The notes beneath the pieces were generated by a model. The model was not told the DNA's origin. It ran no database searches and saw only the letters and a list, made by a program, of their open reading frames with translations. A stretch of DNA of 63,936 bases, counting the filler, from an uncultured bacterium (GTDB lineage Bacteria > Latescibacterota > UBA2968), in the NCBI GenBank assembly GCA_964471275.1. It is 5 parts of 5 records of this genome, joined end to end, with 100 filler letters (N's around TTAATTAATTAA, not from the genome) between each part and the next. Parts side by side here need not be neighbours in the genome. Positions count along the whole stretch, not along the records: positions 42,340 to 56,282 come from CAYYGZ010000123.1; positions 56,383 to 63,936 come from CAYYGZ010000227.1; 3 more parts are not named here. One strand, given 5' to 3'. Positions 50,093-59,774 of the stretch are shown here, piece by piece. A program made the position numbers and the translations under genes. Numbering within the stretch: the stretch's first letter is position 1; every line of letters begins with the position of its first letter.

Positions 50093-51225
50093 CTAGAGCT
50101 TGAACGGGATACTCTGTTCACGTCTTGGAAGCGGGTTCTGACGGTGACACTCCTCCATTACGGCAATCTGTTTACGGCTCTGTTCAGGTTTTACGATCTT
50201 TTCAGCGCCATTGGCGATTACGTCATAGATGTTCTCGTAAATCCGGACTGGACCGCTCTTCATCGACTCCAAGGTGTAGCCGACAGCGCCTTCCGTCTTT
50301 GCCTCCTCGACGGTCCAGGATCCCTCGATCCATTCGAGTTCTTCCCGCGGATACTTCCGATCGATCGACCAGAGCCACATGTCGTGCTTGGGCGCCGTGT
50401 CCGGGTCAAAATACTTCCATTCGAGCGCGCGGGCACCGCCCCTGATGCCTCCGTATTCGCCGCTGATGACGTATGTGTAGTCATCCGGGTATGGCACACA
50501 GGAACTGATGTCGATATCGATCTGCGGTGCTTTGCGATCGGGATCCCAAAGGGTCAGCGTGATGTGATTTTCTGCGTCACCCTCAAAGGGGCTGCGATTG
50601 TCCATTCGGCAGAAGACTTCTGGCGTCGTGTCCCAACCGAAGAGGCAGAGGGCCTGGTCGACCGCGTGAGGTCCCGTGTTCAGGAGGCTTCCACCCCAGA
50701 GATCCTGTCGCGTCTGCCAGTCCCAGCGGCGACGGTATCCACTCCAGGTCGACCGGACGTGTACGAGATTTCCGATGANNNNNNNNNNACATCGGTTGCG
50801 ATGATCTCCTGAATTTTGTCGAAGAAAGGCTGCACGCGGTTGTTCTGGAACGGGAAGAGTTCCTTTCCGTTCTTCTCTGCAGCCTCGACCATCCTGTCGA
50901 AATCAGCGACGGTCCGGGCCATGGGTTTTTCGCAGAGCACATGGTAGCCGTTGTTCAGCGCTTCGATTGTCGCGTCGACGTGCAGAGGAGACGGCAGGGC
51001 GTTGACGAAGAGGTCAAACCCCCCTTCCTTGAGCATCGGTCGCCAGTCGTCGTAAACCGGTATTTGGAGTTCTATTTCTGCGTCCTCGCGTCGCTCGGCA
51101 AGTTGATCTGCGATGGCTGTTATTTGGAAACCTTTGGTAGTCTCTTTGAGCTGTCTTGTGTGAATGTTGTATCCGCTGCGGCCCTGACCACCGATCGCCA
51201 CGCGGATTCGATCTCTCGATGCCAT
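50093..51225 (-). CDS. Gfo/Idh/MocA family oxidoreductase spanning N gap 50779-50788
   Basis: IGGQGRSG, HVLCEKP, FQNNR, then across the gap RRRWDWQT and LLNTGPHAVDQ; joins two track ORFs. Confidence 0.85.
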
Positions 51226-51326
51226 GTAGATCCCTTTCGAACTTGGTGGAACGATTGAGACCAAAAAGATAGTAAACTTCAGCTAATGATGGAAGCAACG
51301 TGCTGGCGATACGAGGCCTGCGGTGG

Positions 51327-52191
51327 ATGCCTGACCTGATTACAACGGATATCGATAATTTCTGGCGTGCTTTCGATGCGGCCGATCGGCTGCCGACTCC
51401 CGATCGCGTGCGATTATTCAAGTCTGCCTACTATGACGTGGCGAGTCTGGGGATGCGCGACTTCGTCGCGGCCCGGGTGAACGACGTCGAACAGTTCGAG
51501 CGTGTCGTCACCTTTCACGATGCCTTCTACCGATCCGTCCGAGTGAGTATGCTGCGGATTCGTGAATTCGAGAAGCGAAATCCGTCATTTCTACAAGCGA
51601 TTTCTGAGGCTGTATCCGCCGCTCGAGATCCCCACGGTGACGTTTGTCGTCGGTCAGCTATCGTGTTGTGGGACCACGTGCCCCAATGGGATGCTGATCG
51701 GGGCGGAGCTGTTTGGAAAGACCGAGCGCACACCGATGGAGACGCTCGATTATCGGGTGCGTTCGGCCATCCGGCCGATATCAGAGATCTCCGCGACTGT
51801 TATCCACGAGCTGGTTCACATACAGCACAGACCACACGGTATAACGGACCTCTCACTGTTGGCCAGAGCAGTCCGGGAAGGGATGGCAGATCGTGTGACA
51901 GAGCTGGTTACGCGCCGTGAGCCGGGAACGGTGTGTTATGACTATGGACGATTGCACGAGAAGCCAGTGTGGGAAGCTTTTCGCGAGGTGATGGCGGGAA
52001 CAGATGTCAGCGATTGGTTCGGAAACGGTGCGCACGTCCTGGATCGACCGACCAATCTCGGGCATTTTGTCGGGCGTCAGATCTGTGAGGCGTTTCTGAA
52101 CCGGTATGGGCACAGCAGAGAGACGATTGCTCGAATGATCGGGGTGGATGACTATGAGGAGATTTATCAGGAATCGGGCTACGGGCGGTAG
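51327..52191 (+). pseudogene. Putative zinc-dependent protease (HExxH, DUF2268-like) with a frameshift near 51570
   Basis: ITTDIDNFWRAFD in one frame; EIRHFY...IGAE...IHELVHIQ...EGMAD...LGHFVGRQI in another. Confidence 0.7.
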
Positions 52192-52252
52192 AGATTGATG
52201 ATGGAAGAGAGAAGATGGGAAGATTGAGAATCAAAGACGGAGAATTGGATCG

Positions 52253-53212
52253 CTACGCCAATGCTGTCTCGATGTAGGTGTAGCAGAGGTCGCGGACCTC
52301 GGGTGGGAAGTCGTGGGGGCAGTCGGGATGGATAATCTGCAGATGGTCTTCTGCATCGTAGAGTCGGTAGACACAGCGGGCGGCATCGACTACTGCGGCG
52401 GCGCTTTGCCACCTGAAGTTGTCGTCGTCTTTCGGGGCGGATATGAGGCAGGCTCGTGGTGCCAAAGAGGCGATCAGGTCGTGGAAGTCGAAGGGAATGG
52501 CTGCAGGTGACCCATAGTCGTTGATGTGGGGCATGTAGCATTGTTGCGACCAGCCCTTACCGGGCAGCCAGTTATAGTAATCTTCGTATGAGTCCAGACC
52601 GCAATTCGAGACGGTCGCCTTGATTCGAGTGTCAAAGACGGCCGTATATACAGCATTGTGCCCACCGAGAGAGTGACCGATTGCTCCAAACCCGGTGTTC
52701 GCTACGTATGGGAAACTCCTGAGTAGGTCGAGGGCGCGGACATTGTCCCAGATAGCCTTCATCGTGCCGCTCGCATAGCCGAGCGCATCGAGATCGGGCT
52801 GGTATGCCGCCATCTGTGGGTAGGAAGGCGAGATGGTTACGTAGCCACGTTCGGCGAGTTCGCTGGCGTAGTTGCGATTCGGTCGACCGCTCAGACCGAC
52901 CACGTCTTCATAGCCATGTTTACCGTTGGTTGGATGCAGGCAGAGGATGCCTCGAGCGGGAGATTCAAGGGACGCGTCGTGCGGTCGACAGATGAAAGCG
53001 GTCGTCTCACATCCTGGATCAGCTTCGTAGGCGATACGCTGCCGAACGTAGGATCCGCAGTTGGCCTCGTCGAGGATAGACCCTACTGGTGGTATCGATC
53101 GGTCGTGCGGGGGGAATGGGCCCATGACCTCTTGGGCGGCTGTCAAGATTCGTGCGTATACGCCCCGCCACGCGGTCTGATCTGCCGGTGTCGAATCTGT
53201 GATGTGGTTCAT
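52253..53212 (-). CDS. Alpha/beta hydrolase (dienelactone hydrolase / esterase-like)
   Basis: LCLHPT, ELAERGY, IGHSLGG nucleophile elbow, LAPR, HDFP; ATG at 53212. Confidence 0.85.
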   Translation of the reverse strand: MNHITDSTPADQTAWRGVYARILTAAQEVMGPFPPHDRSIPPVGSILDEANCGSYVRQRIAYEADPGCETTAFICRPHDASLESPARGILCLHPTNGKHGYEDVVGLSGRPNRNYASELAERGYVTISPSYPQMAAYQPDLDALGYASGTMKAIWDNVRALDLLRSFPYVANTGFGAIGHSLGGHNAVYTAVFDTRIKATVSNCGLDSYEDYYNWLPGKGWSQQCYMPHINDYGSPAAIPFDFHDLIASLAPRACLISAPKDDDNFRWQSAAAVVDAARCVYRLYDAEDHLQIIHPDCPHDFPPEVRDLCYTYIETALA

Positions 53213-53318
53213 TGCGTTCCTGGCTAGACGATGGTCTTCGCGCAATAAACTACAGCGATGTGAACCCGACAAGCTGCCTGTTTGGGGGTGAAGTTGGATC
53301 GATTCCAGTGAGGAAGCG

Positions 53319-53819
53319 TTGCCTGCAAGAGAGATACTTCTACTCGGTGATCCGGCGCTCTACAGACAGAGCCAACCCGTTGTTGAAGACGAAATGGTTG
53401 TGATTCGGGATATATGTGACGATTTGATGGACACGATCTCCGTCTTCCGCGAGCATCACGGATGGGGAAGAGCCATCGCAGCACCCCAGATCGGGGTGTT
53501 GAAACGTATCGTGTGCATCCACGCAGGCGAGCAAGTTGTCCTCATCAATCCGGAGATCGAGTTGCCAGGTGATGAGACCATGATCGTGTGGGATGATTGT
53601 ATGAGCTTTCCCGAGTTGCTGGTCAAGGTGCAGAGGCACGTGCGGTGTCGCGTAAGGTACAGAGATCTAGATTGGACGGCGCAAGTGCTCGAGTTGGAAG
53701 GAGATATGCCTGAGTTGATTCAACACGAGGTGGATCATCTTGATGGTGTGCTGACAATTCAGAGAGCGCTGGATGACAGGTCGATTGTGCTGAGGAGCCA
53801 GCGTGGATTTCTGGAGTAG
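53319..53819 (+). CDS. def: Peptide deformylase family protein with variant motifs
   Basis: AIAAPQIG, DDCMSFP (for EGCLS), QHEVDHLDG. Confidence 0.8.
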   Translation: MPAREILLLGDPALYRQSQPVVEDEMVVIRDICDDLMDTISVFREHHGWGRAIAAPQIGVLKRIVCIHAGEQVVLINPEIELPGDETMIVWDDCMSFPELLVKVQRHVRCRVRYRDLDWTAQVLELEGDMPELIQHEVDHLDGVLTIQRALDDRSIVLRSQRGFLE

Positions 53820-53992
53820 GCTGTCGGGCGACGAGTCGAGAGTTAAGATTGGCAGCTGTGTGGGAGGGTGGTCGGGTTCTGTGGGAATCGGGAAACTGGG
53901 GAATTGGTCATTCGTCATCACGAATTGGGGTGGGCAGGCAGCTGATCGATCGGGATTGCCCATCTTCACATTTTCATCTGTAGCGCGGCGTG

Positions 53993-55087
53993 TCAGAACA
54001 CTAGGACGCCGCGGGCGTTCTTGCCGGCCACCAAATCGTCGAAAGCCTGCTGTGCGTCATCGATCGCGTAGGTTTTGGTGATCAGTTCATCGAGCTTCAG
54101 ATGACCGGACTGGTAGAGATCGAACATTCGGGGTAGATCGACTCTCTGTCGCGTGGATCCGTAGAAGGAGCCAAGTATGCGCTTCTCTTCTCGGACCAGC
54201 GCGCTTGCCGGGATGCTTATGTCGTCCCCCGATCGAGCGATCCCTATCACGACTACGGTCCCTGCACGGCGAGTGCTTTCGTAGGCCTGTCGCATGACCG
54301 TCGCGTTTCCGATGGCTTCGAAGGCATAGTCTGAGCCGCGGCCCTCAGTGAACGCGCGGACCTTTTCAACCGGATCTTCTTCGCTCGCGTCGACCGCATG
54401 TGTGGCACCGAAGCGGAGGGCGAAATCCAGCTTCAATGGGTTGGTATCGACGGCAATGATCGCATTGGCGCCGCTCATAGCAACTCCCTGGATGACATTC
54501 AGGCCTATCCCTCCTGCGCCGAACACGGCGACCGATGATCCGGCCTGAACTTCTGCCGTATTGATTGCCGCGCCAACCCCCGTCATTACACCACAGCCAA
54601 CCAACGCCGCTTTTTCGAGCGGGATGTCCGGGGAAATCGGAACGACGCTTGTCTCGTGCACGATCGTCATCTCACTCATCGTGCCCAGGCCAGTCATCAT
54701 GCTGATCGGTTCACCCCCACGCTTAACTGGACGGTTTCCATTCGGGAGGAATCCCTGCCCGGTGAAGGAGCTTGTCTCGCAAAGGTTGGGTTTGCCGGTA
54801 GTACAGTAATAGCATTTGCCGCACTGAGGGATGAAGGAGAGGACGACGTGGTCTCCCGGATTGAGCGTGCGAACGTGGTCGCCCGCCCTGTCAACGACGC
54901 CCGCACCCTCGTGGCCGAGGATGATCGGGTATTCGCGAGCGATCGTGCCGTCGATGACAGAGTAGTCGCTGTGACAGACGCCGCTTGCCGCCATCTTGAT
55001 GCGAACCTCGTCTTCGGCCGGCTCGCCCACTTCCACGTCATCTACCCTTACGGTTTCGTTTCTTCCCTCGATGACGACCGCTTTCAT
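53993..55087 (-). CDS. Zinc-dependent alcohol dehydrogenase (class III-like)
   Basis: GVCHSD, GHEGAG, CGKCYYC...C, GCGVMTG, GAGGIG; ATG at 55087. Confidence 0.92.
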   Translation of the reverse strand: MKAVVIEGRNETVRVDDVEVGEPAEDEVRIKMAASGVCHSDYSVIDGTIAREYPIILGHEGAGVVDRAGDHVRTLNPGDHVVLSFIPQCGKCYYCTTGKPNLCETSSFTGQGFLPNGNRPVKRGGEPISMMTGLGTMSEMTIVHETSVVPISPDIPLEKAALVGCGVMTGVGAAINTAEVQAGSSVAVFGAGGIGLNVIQGVAMSGANAIIAVDTNPLKLDFALRFGATHAVDASEEDPVEKVRAFTEGRGSDYAFEAIGNATVMRQAYESTRRAGTVVVIGIARSGDDISIPASALVREEKRILGSFYGSTRQRVDLPRMFDLYQSGHLKLDELITKTYAIDDAQQAFDDLVAGKNARGVLVF

Positions 55088-55218
55088 GTGGGCCTCCAGT
55101 GAAGGGTGAGCGTGTAGATTCAATATGCGTCGAGGTCGCCGGGTGCCCGGATACGGGACGAGGGCTGAACCCGGACGACCTTCCCGGGCTTGTGCAAAAC
55201 GCAGTGCGGTGTTAGGAT

Positions 55219-55282
55219 CAGAGGCTTGTCCGCCTTGCGGCGGTTGGTGCCCCTGGCTTACGACGGTCGCCCTATCGGGGCT
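55219..55282. repeat. Second REP-like palindrome family, copy B, containing a CTTGTCCGCC...GGCGG mini-hairpin
   Basis: CAGAGGCTTGTCCGCCTTGCGGCGGTTGGTGCCCCTGGCTTACGACGGTCGCCCTATCGGGGCT. Confidence 0.5.
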
Positions 55283-55414
55283 CCGCGTACACCTGCAATG
55301 GTGGTCTAGATCAGGGCGACCGAACTGTGAAGGGGTGGGTACTCAAGCAAAAGAAACCCCGAAATCGAGCAAGTGCCGATTCCGGAGTGTTTGACAGGTG
55401 CTCTGATACTCGAG

Positions 55415-56282
55415 CTAGTCGCTGCTTGCAGATTGCTCGATGGCGCGCGCGATCCGGTCCTGGTCCGCGAACTTGAGGTTCTGGGCGAGCCCGACCTTGG
55501 AACAGGCCCAGATGAACCATTTTCCGGGATCAAAATCATACCAGTGCGTGCCCGTTCGGAAGTCGTTCGGGAACGTGTGGTGGTAGTTGTGATCCATCTC
55601 ACCCCAAACGAGGAACGAAAGCCACCAACTGCCTCGCGCGGTATTGCTGGTCGAATACTTCTGGCTGCCCCACCAGTGTGCCACCGAGTTGACGCAGAAG
55701 GTCATGTGCCACTGAATCGTCAGGCGGAGCGCGCCCCCGATGAGTACGAAGCTCCAGAATTCGCCCACAAAGAGGCCGACGGATCCCGGGATAAGAAAGC
55801 CGGTGATGATGCTGAGCGGTCCAAACCACTTGTGCTGAAATCGGTTTATCGGATCCGCGGAGAGGTCCTTGACCCGATTGTAATCGGGCTTCGTCTTCCG
55901 AATGACCCAGCCGATATGGGCGTGCCAGAATCCCTGGTGGATATTATAGGGATCCTTCGCCTGATCACAGAAGGTATGGTGATCCCTGTGCTGTGCGGAC
56001 CACTGCATAGCAGACCCCTGGACCGCACCCGTCCCCGTAATCAGGAAGAACATCCTGAGCGGCCAGGCGGCTTCAAAAGTTCTGTGAGAGTAGTAGCGGT
56101 GGTAGCCGGCGGCGATCGTTGTCGAACTGAAAACGAACCACGTGAAAGCCGTCAGAACATTCAACCACGAGACGATCAGGATGCCGGCGATCCAAGCGGC
56201 AGCGGCATAGGCGGCAGCAAGATGTACGAGGATAACAAAAGACAACTTGGTGGGGTCGAGCGCGCCTAGTGGCAGCAGATCT
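55415..56282 (-). CDS. Acyl-CoA (delta-9-type) fatty acid desaturase (5' end cut by contig end)
   Basis: His boxes HRYYSH, HRDHH, HNYHH; GFWHAHIGW; VNSVAH; DPGKW. Confidence 0.92.
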
Positions 56283-56382
56283 NNNNNNNNNNNNNNNNNN
56301 NNNNNNNNNNNNNNNNNNNNNNNNNNTTAATTAATTAANNNNNNNNNNNNNNNNNNNNNNNNNNNNNNNNNNNNNNNNNNNN
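56283..56382. other. Artificial contig spacer
   Basis: N44-TTAATTAATTAA-N44. Confidence 0.97.
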
Positions 56383-56674
56383 TGGCGGTGTAATCACGGA
56401 TGTCGCTTTCCAGGGGGCGGGTTGCGCCATTTCAACGGCGTCCGCCTCTTTGATGACTGAACAGATAAAGGGCATGTCCCCCCAGGAAGCCCTCGATCTG
56501 ATCGATCAATTCCGAGGTCTGGTAACAGGGGCAAGCGATACGATGAATGTCGCGAGCCTTGACGTGTTCTCGGGTGTCCAGGACTACCCGACACGTGTCA
56601 AATGTGCCACGCTCGTCTGGCATACGCTGAGAGCCGCGATCGAAGGAACGACCGACACCATCACAACCGAATAG
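56383..56674 (+). CDS. sufU: SUF system NifU-family Fe-S assembly protein (5' end cut by contig start)
   Basis: FQGAGCAISTASASLMTE...YPTRVKCATLVWH. Confidence 0.85.
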
Positions 56675-56688
56675 CAGGGACACAGACT

Positions 56689-57216
56689 ATGTTCAAGCAA
56701 CTCTTCAACAAACTGAAGGGTAACGCAGACGCTAGGCAGACGGACAAGAATACGACCGTTGAAGCCAGTTCTCCTGCATCGACAGAGATCTCCGGTAGGG
56801 CGACCGCAGAGGAGGAACGGCAGAACGAAACAACGAGAAAAACAGAAGAGCAGCTGACCTATATCGAATCCGCTGAACCAGCACCCGATACAACCACAGA
56901 GCCCGTGGACAAGGAAGAGCTCAAGAATCGGGTCATCGACATGATGCGTACGATCTTCGACCCTGAGATTCCGGTCAATGTCTATGACATCGGACTCATC
57001 TACAAGATCGAGCCGCAGGATGATGGAGTCGTTCAGTTGACGATGACGCTCACAACCCCCAACTGCCCGGCGGCAGGTATCTTGCCAGCTGAGGTCGAGA
57101 ACAAGGCGCGAAGCGTCGACGGTGTTCGTGATGTCGAATTCGAATTGACCTTCGACCCGCCGTGGACTCCGGATCTGATGTCGGAAGGTGCAAGACTCGA
57201 ACTCGGTATGATGTAG
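56689..57216 (+). CDS. DUF59 / SufT-like Fe-S assembly protein with low-complexity N-terminal extension
   Basis: DPEIPVNVYDIGLIY, MTLTTPNCP, FDPPWTP; ATG at 56689. Confidence 0.88.
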   Translation: MFKQLFNKLKGNADARQTDKNTTVEASSPASTEISGRATAEEERQNETTRKTEEQLTYIESAEPAPDTTTEPVDKEELKNRVIDMMRTIFDPEIPVNVYDIGLIYKIEPQDDGVVQLTMTLTTPNCPAAGILPAEVENKARSVDGVRDVEFELTFDPPWTPDLMSEGARLELGMM

Positions 57217-57230
57217 ACGACGAGCAGACG

Positions 57231-57716
57231 ATGAAACTGAGCACACAGGAAGAATACGGGCTACGCTGCCTGATCCAGATCGGCAGACACGAGCAGATTT
57301 CGGGAGCAAGCTTGTCCATCTCCGAAATCAGTCAACTCGAGGGGCTCTCGATCGCCAATGCGGGGAAGTTCGTCCGCGCCCTGCGCCTGGGCGGCTTTGT
57401 CGACAGCGAGCGCGGCCACTCCGGTGGTTACCGACTCGCACGCCCCACGGATCAGATCATCATCGGGGATGTCATCGAAGCCCTTGGCGGAAGACTCTTC
57501 GATGAGTCGTTTTGCGGGGAGCACTCGGGAAAGACCGAATCGTGCACCCACACCGTCGATTGCTCGATCCGATCACTGTGGTTCAACGTGCAGAAAACCG
57601 TCGACGCACTTCTGAATCGAATTACATTAAGTGACATGCTGGGTGAGGAGCCGCACGTGATGTCCTGTCTGGACGCGAAGTCGGAAGAGCTCCTGCAGGT
57701 AGGTCAGCCGATCTAG
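57231..57716 (+). CDS. Rrf2 family transcriptional regulator (IscR-like, three Cys)
   Basis: EYGLRCL, SERGHSGGYRLAR, C-x10-C-x5-C cluster; ATG at 57231. Confidence 0.88.
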   Translation: MKLSTQEEYGLRCLIQIGRHEQISGASLSISEISQLEGLSIANAGKFVRALRLGGFVDSERGHSGGYRLARPTDQIIIGDVIEALGGRLFDESFCGEHSGKTESCTHTVDCSIRSLWFNVQKTVDALLNRITLSDMLGEEPHVMSCLDAKSEELLQVGQPI

Positions 57717-57845
57717 ATGGGCGGATGCGGACGGCACTTAATCGCCATCGTGTATACAACAACGGACGACACAGATCCCTGGCCAGAGCCATCTCACCCG
57801 CGTGCCGGGTGGTGTAGGTTCCAGGGGACGGAATGATACGGAGGA

Positions 57846-58433
57846 TTGAGTATGATCACGGTTACCGACGCTGCTCGTGAAGAGATTTTCGCTCTGATGA
57901 AAAAACAGAAGCAGTCGGTCAAGGGCGTCCGGATAAAGGCCGAGGCGCTGTCTCCTCTGCAGGCCAACTTCCGGCTTCGGTTTGTTGCCGGTGGCCAGGA
58001 AGAAGAAGCCGATGTCATCACCAAGTACGAAGGATTTAACATCTACGTGGATCCCGAAAGCCTCGCGTATGTGGAAGAGGTCACCGTCGATTTTGTGGAG
58101 AGTCTGGCAGGTCGTGGGTTCAAGATCGAAAACCCGAACAAGGTTCCCGCCCACCTGAAGGGCACGGTTGCAGAAAAGGTACAGGCCATCATCGACGAAA
58201 AGATCAACCCACAGATCGCCTCCCACGGCGGTCACCTGGCACTCCTGGATGTAAAAGAGACAACTGCCTACGTAAAGTTTGGCGGCGGCTGCCAGGGGTG
58301 TGGCATGGCTGATGTGACGCTCAAGCAAGGCGTCGAAGTCCTCATCAAGGAGGCCTGCCCGGAAATCGAAGAAATACTCGACGTGACCGACCACGCAGAC
58401 GGAACGAACCCTTATTTTCAGGGCGCTCACTGA
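57846..58433 (+). CDS. nfuA: Fe-S biogenesis protein NfuA
   Basis: Cys-less A-type carrier N-domain (ITVTDAA...GFKIENPN) plus NifU C-domain INPQIASHGG...GGGCQGC...DVTDH...NPYF. Confidence 0.88.
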   Translation: MSMITVTDAAREEIFALMKKQKQSVKGVRIKAEALSPLQANFRLRFVAGGQEEEADVITKYEGFNIYVDPESLAYVEEVTVDFVESLAGRGFKIENPNKVPAHLKGTVAEKVQAIIDEKINPQIASHGGHLALLDVKETTAYVKFGGGCQGCGMADVTLKQGVEVLIKEACPEIEEILDVTDHADGTNPYFQGAH

Positions 58434-58448
58434 TCCATCGCAACCGAA

Positions 58449-58492
58449 ACGGACAGAGGGCCGGCTTCTCACGAAGCCGGCCCTCTGTCCGT
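58449..58492. terminator. Perfect 20-bp hairpin between convergent genes
   Basis: ACGGACAGAGGGCCGGCTTC-tcac-GAAGCCGGCCCTCTGTCCGT; no U-tract on either strand. Confidence 0.6.
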
Positions 58493-58524
58493 ACCTGGGG
58501 TATCGCTCAATCCGTCCCCGTATC

Positions 58525-58920
58525 TTATTCCTCTGTGCCGGATCCCCCCTCGCCAACGCCCTCTTCCCCCTCCGCCTTCTTCTCACGTTTATCCTTGAAG
58601 TCTTTGATCTTCTTGATCACGTCGGGTGCATAGCTTAACAGCTTACCGATCGACATTTCGGATTCCTGCATCGGTATCAGCTGAGCCTTCCCCTTACTAA
58701 TCACGATAAACCCAACCGGCTCCACCGATCCCCCACCGGCCGTACCACCGCTGCCGTCGGCAGATCCTTTCGCCCCCCCCGCACCAAAACCGAAAGAGAT
58801 CTTCGAAACCGGCACGATGACTGTATCTGCAACGGCAATAGGCTTCCCTACGACCGTCTCTGTACGAGCGAGCTCCTTGAACTCCTGAAGCACAGTCTTG
58901 ATCATGTTCTCTACAGACAT
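58525..58920 (-). CDS. GerW/YtfJ family protein
   Basis: TVVGKPI, IVPVSKISFGFGAGG, GGGSVEPVGFIVI. Confidence 0.88.
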   Translation of the reverse strand: MSVENMIKTVLQEFKELARTETVVGKPIAVADTVIVPVSKISFGFGAGGAKGSADGSGGTAGGGSVEPVGFIVISKGKAQLIPMQESEMSIGKLLSYAPDVIKKIKDFKDKREKKAEGEEGVGEGGSGTEE

Positions 58921-58933
58921 TCCTAACTCCCCA

Positions 58934-59629
58934 TCATGCGGTCTGAGTCTTCGGTCGTCTGAACCTGGACAGCCACTCCTGAAGATACCATATCACGTAT
59001 CGGACACCAATCGACAGCGCCGCGGCCAGAACGACGAGGATCAGGAATCCCAGCCAGAACCAGATTTCGAACCGTATCATTCCGACGAATCCGGACTTCG
59101 CAAAATTCGGTTGGATACGCAGGCTGACCCTCTTGCCCAAGATGCCCTGGGCGGCGTATACATAGCCCATCATCCTGCCTGTTACGTCGGGTGCTCCCGC
59201 TCCCGCAGTGCCATCGATCACCAGACATCGCACCCACGCCGTTTTCAGTAACCGCTTGAGCAATCTCGATATCGGCGACCGGAACAGAAAATAGTAGCGT
59301 TCTGCCTCAGTCAGTCTCTCACGTATCCCTTTGTCAGGCTCGTGTGTTGTCTCATCCTGAGCCGTCTCCTGATCTTCCTCCTCTGGTGTATCTTCGTCAG
59401 TGGCCTTCCCACCGACTGTTCGCCGTAACAACACGATCGGACCGAGTTTCAATCGCCAGAACAGTTCCCCCTCGTAGGCCACATCTAGACCGAGAAGCCC
59501 AAGCAGAATCCTGACATACCCTTTGAAGGATATCCGCCCATCCGTGGCGAGTCCCGATGCGCCAATCCTGATGGGAACAGCAAACAGCAGAAAGACCAGA
59601 AAAGCGACGAAGCTCAGCATTTCGATCAC
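58934..59629 (-). CDS. DUF2953 (YtfI-like) membrane protein
   Basis: N-terminal transmembrane helix, GAGAPDVTGRMMG and IQPNF motifs; directly upstream of the ytfJ-like gene. Confidence 0.65.
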   Translation of the reverse strand: MIEMLSFVAFLVFLLFAVPIRIGASGLATDGRISFKGYVRILLGLLGLDVAYEGELFWRLKLGPIVLLRRTVGGKATDEDTPEEEDQETAQDETTHEPDKGIRERLTEAERYYFLFRSPISRLLKRLLKTAWVRCLVIDGTAGAGAPDVTGRMMGYVYAAQGILGKRVSLRIQPNFAKSGFVGMIRFEIWFWLGFLILVVLAAALSIGVRYVIWYLQEWLSRFRRPKTQTA

Positions 59630-59774
59630 GCCTGACTCCTAAGGAGGTTTTGAGATAATAAGCTCATCTGGCAGTCTCAGTCAACCGGTTCAAGTCTTTG
59701 TAAAGGCTTGACATGCCCATCTTGTCTGCTCTATTTGACTCAGAGACCATTCACGTGTATCGGAGATCCCTCAG

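Noticed and set aside
50779..50788. Apparent split genes at internal N10 gaps (also 34058-34067)
   Set aside because: Protein motifs continue across the gaps; these are scaffolding artefacts, not frameshifts or introns.
58525..59629. ytfJ/ytfI-like pair as evidence of sporulation
   Set aside because: This family also occurs in non-sporulating prokaryotes, and no other sporulation genes are present.
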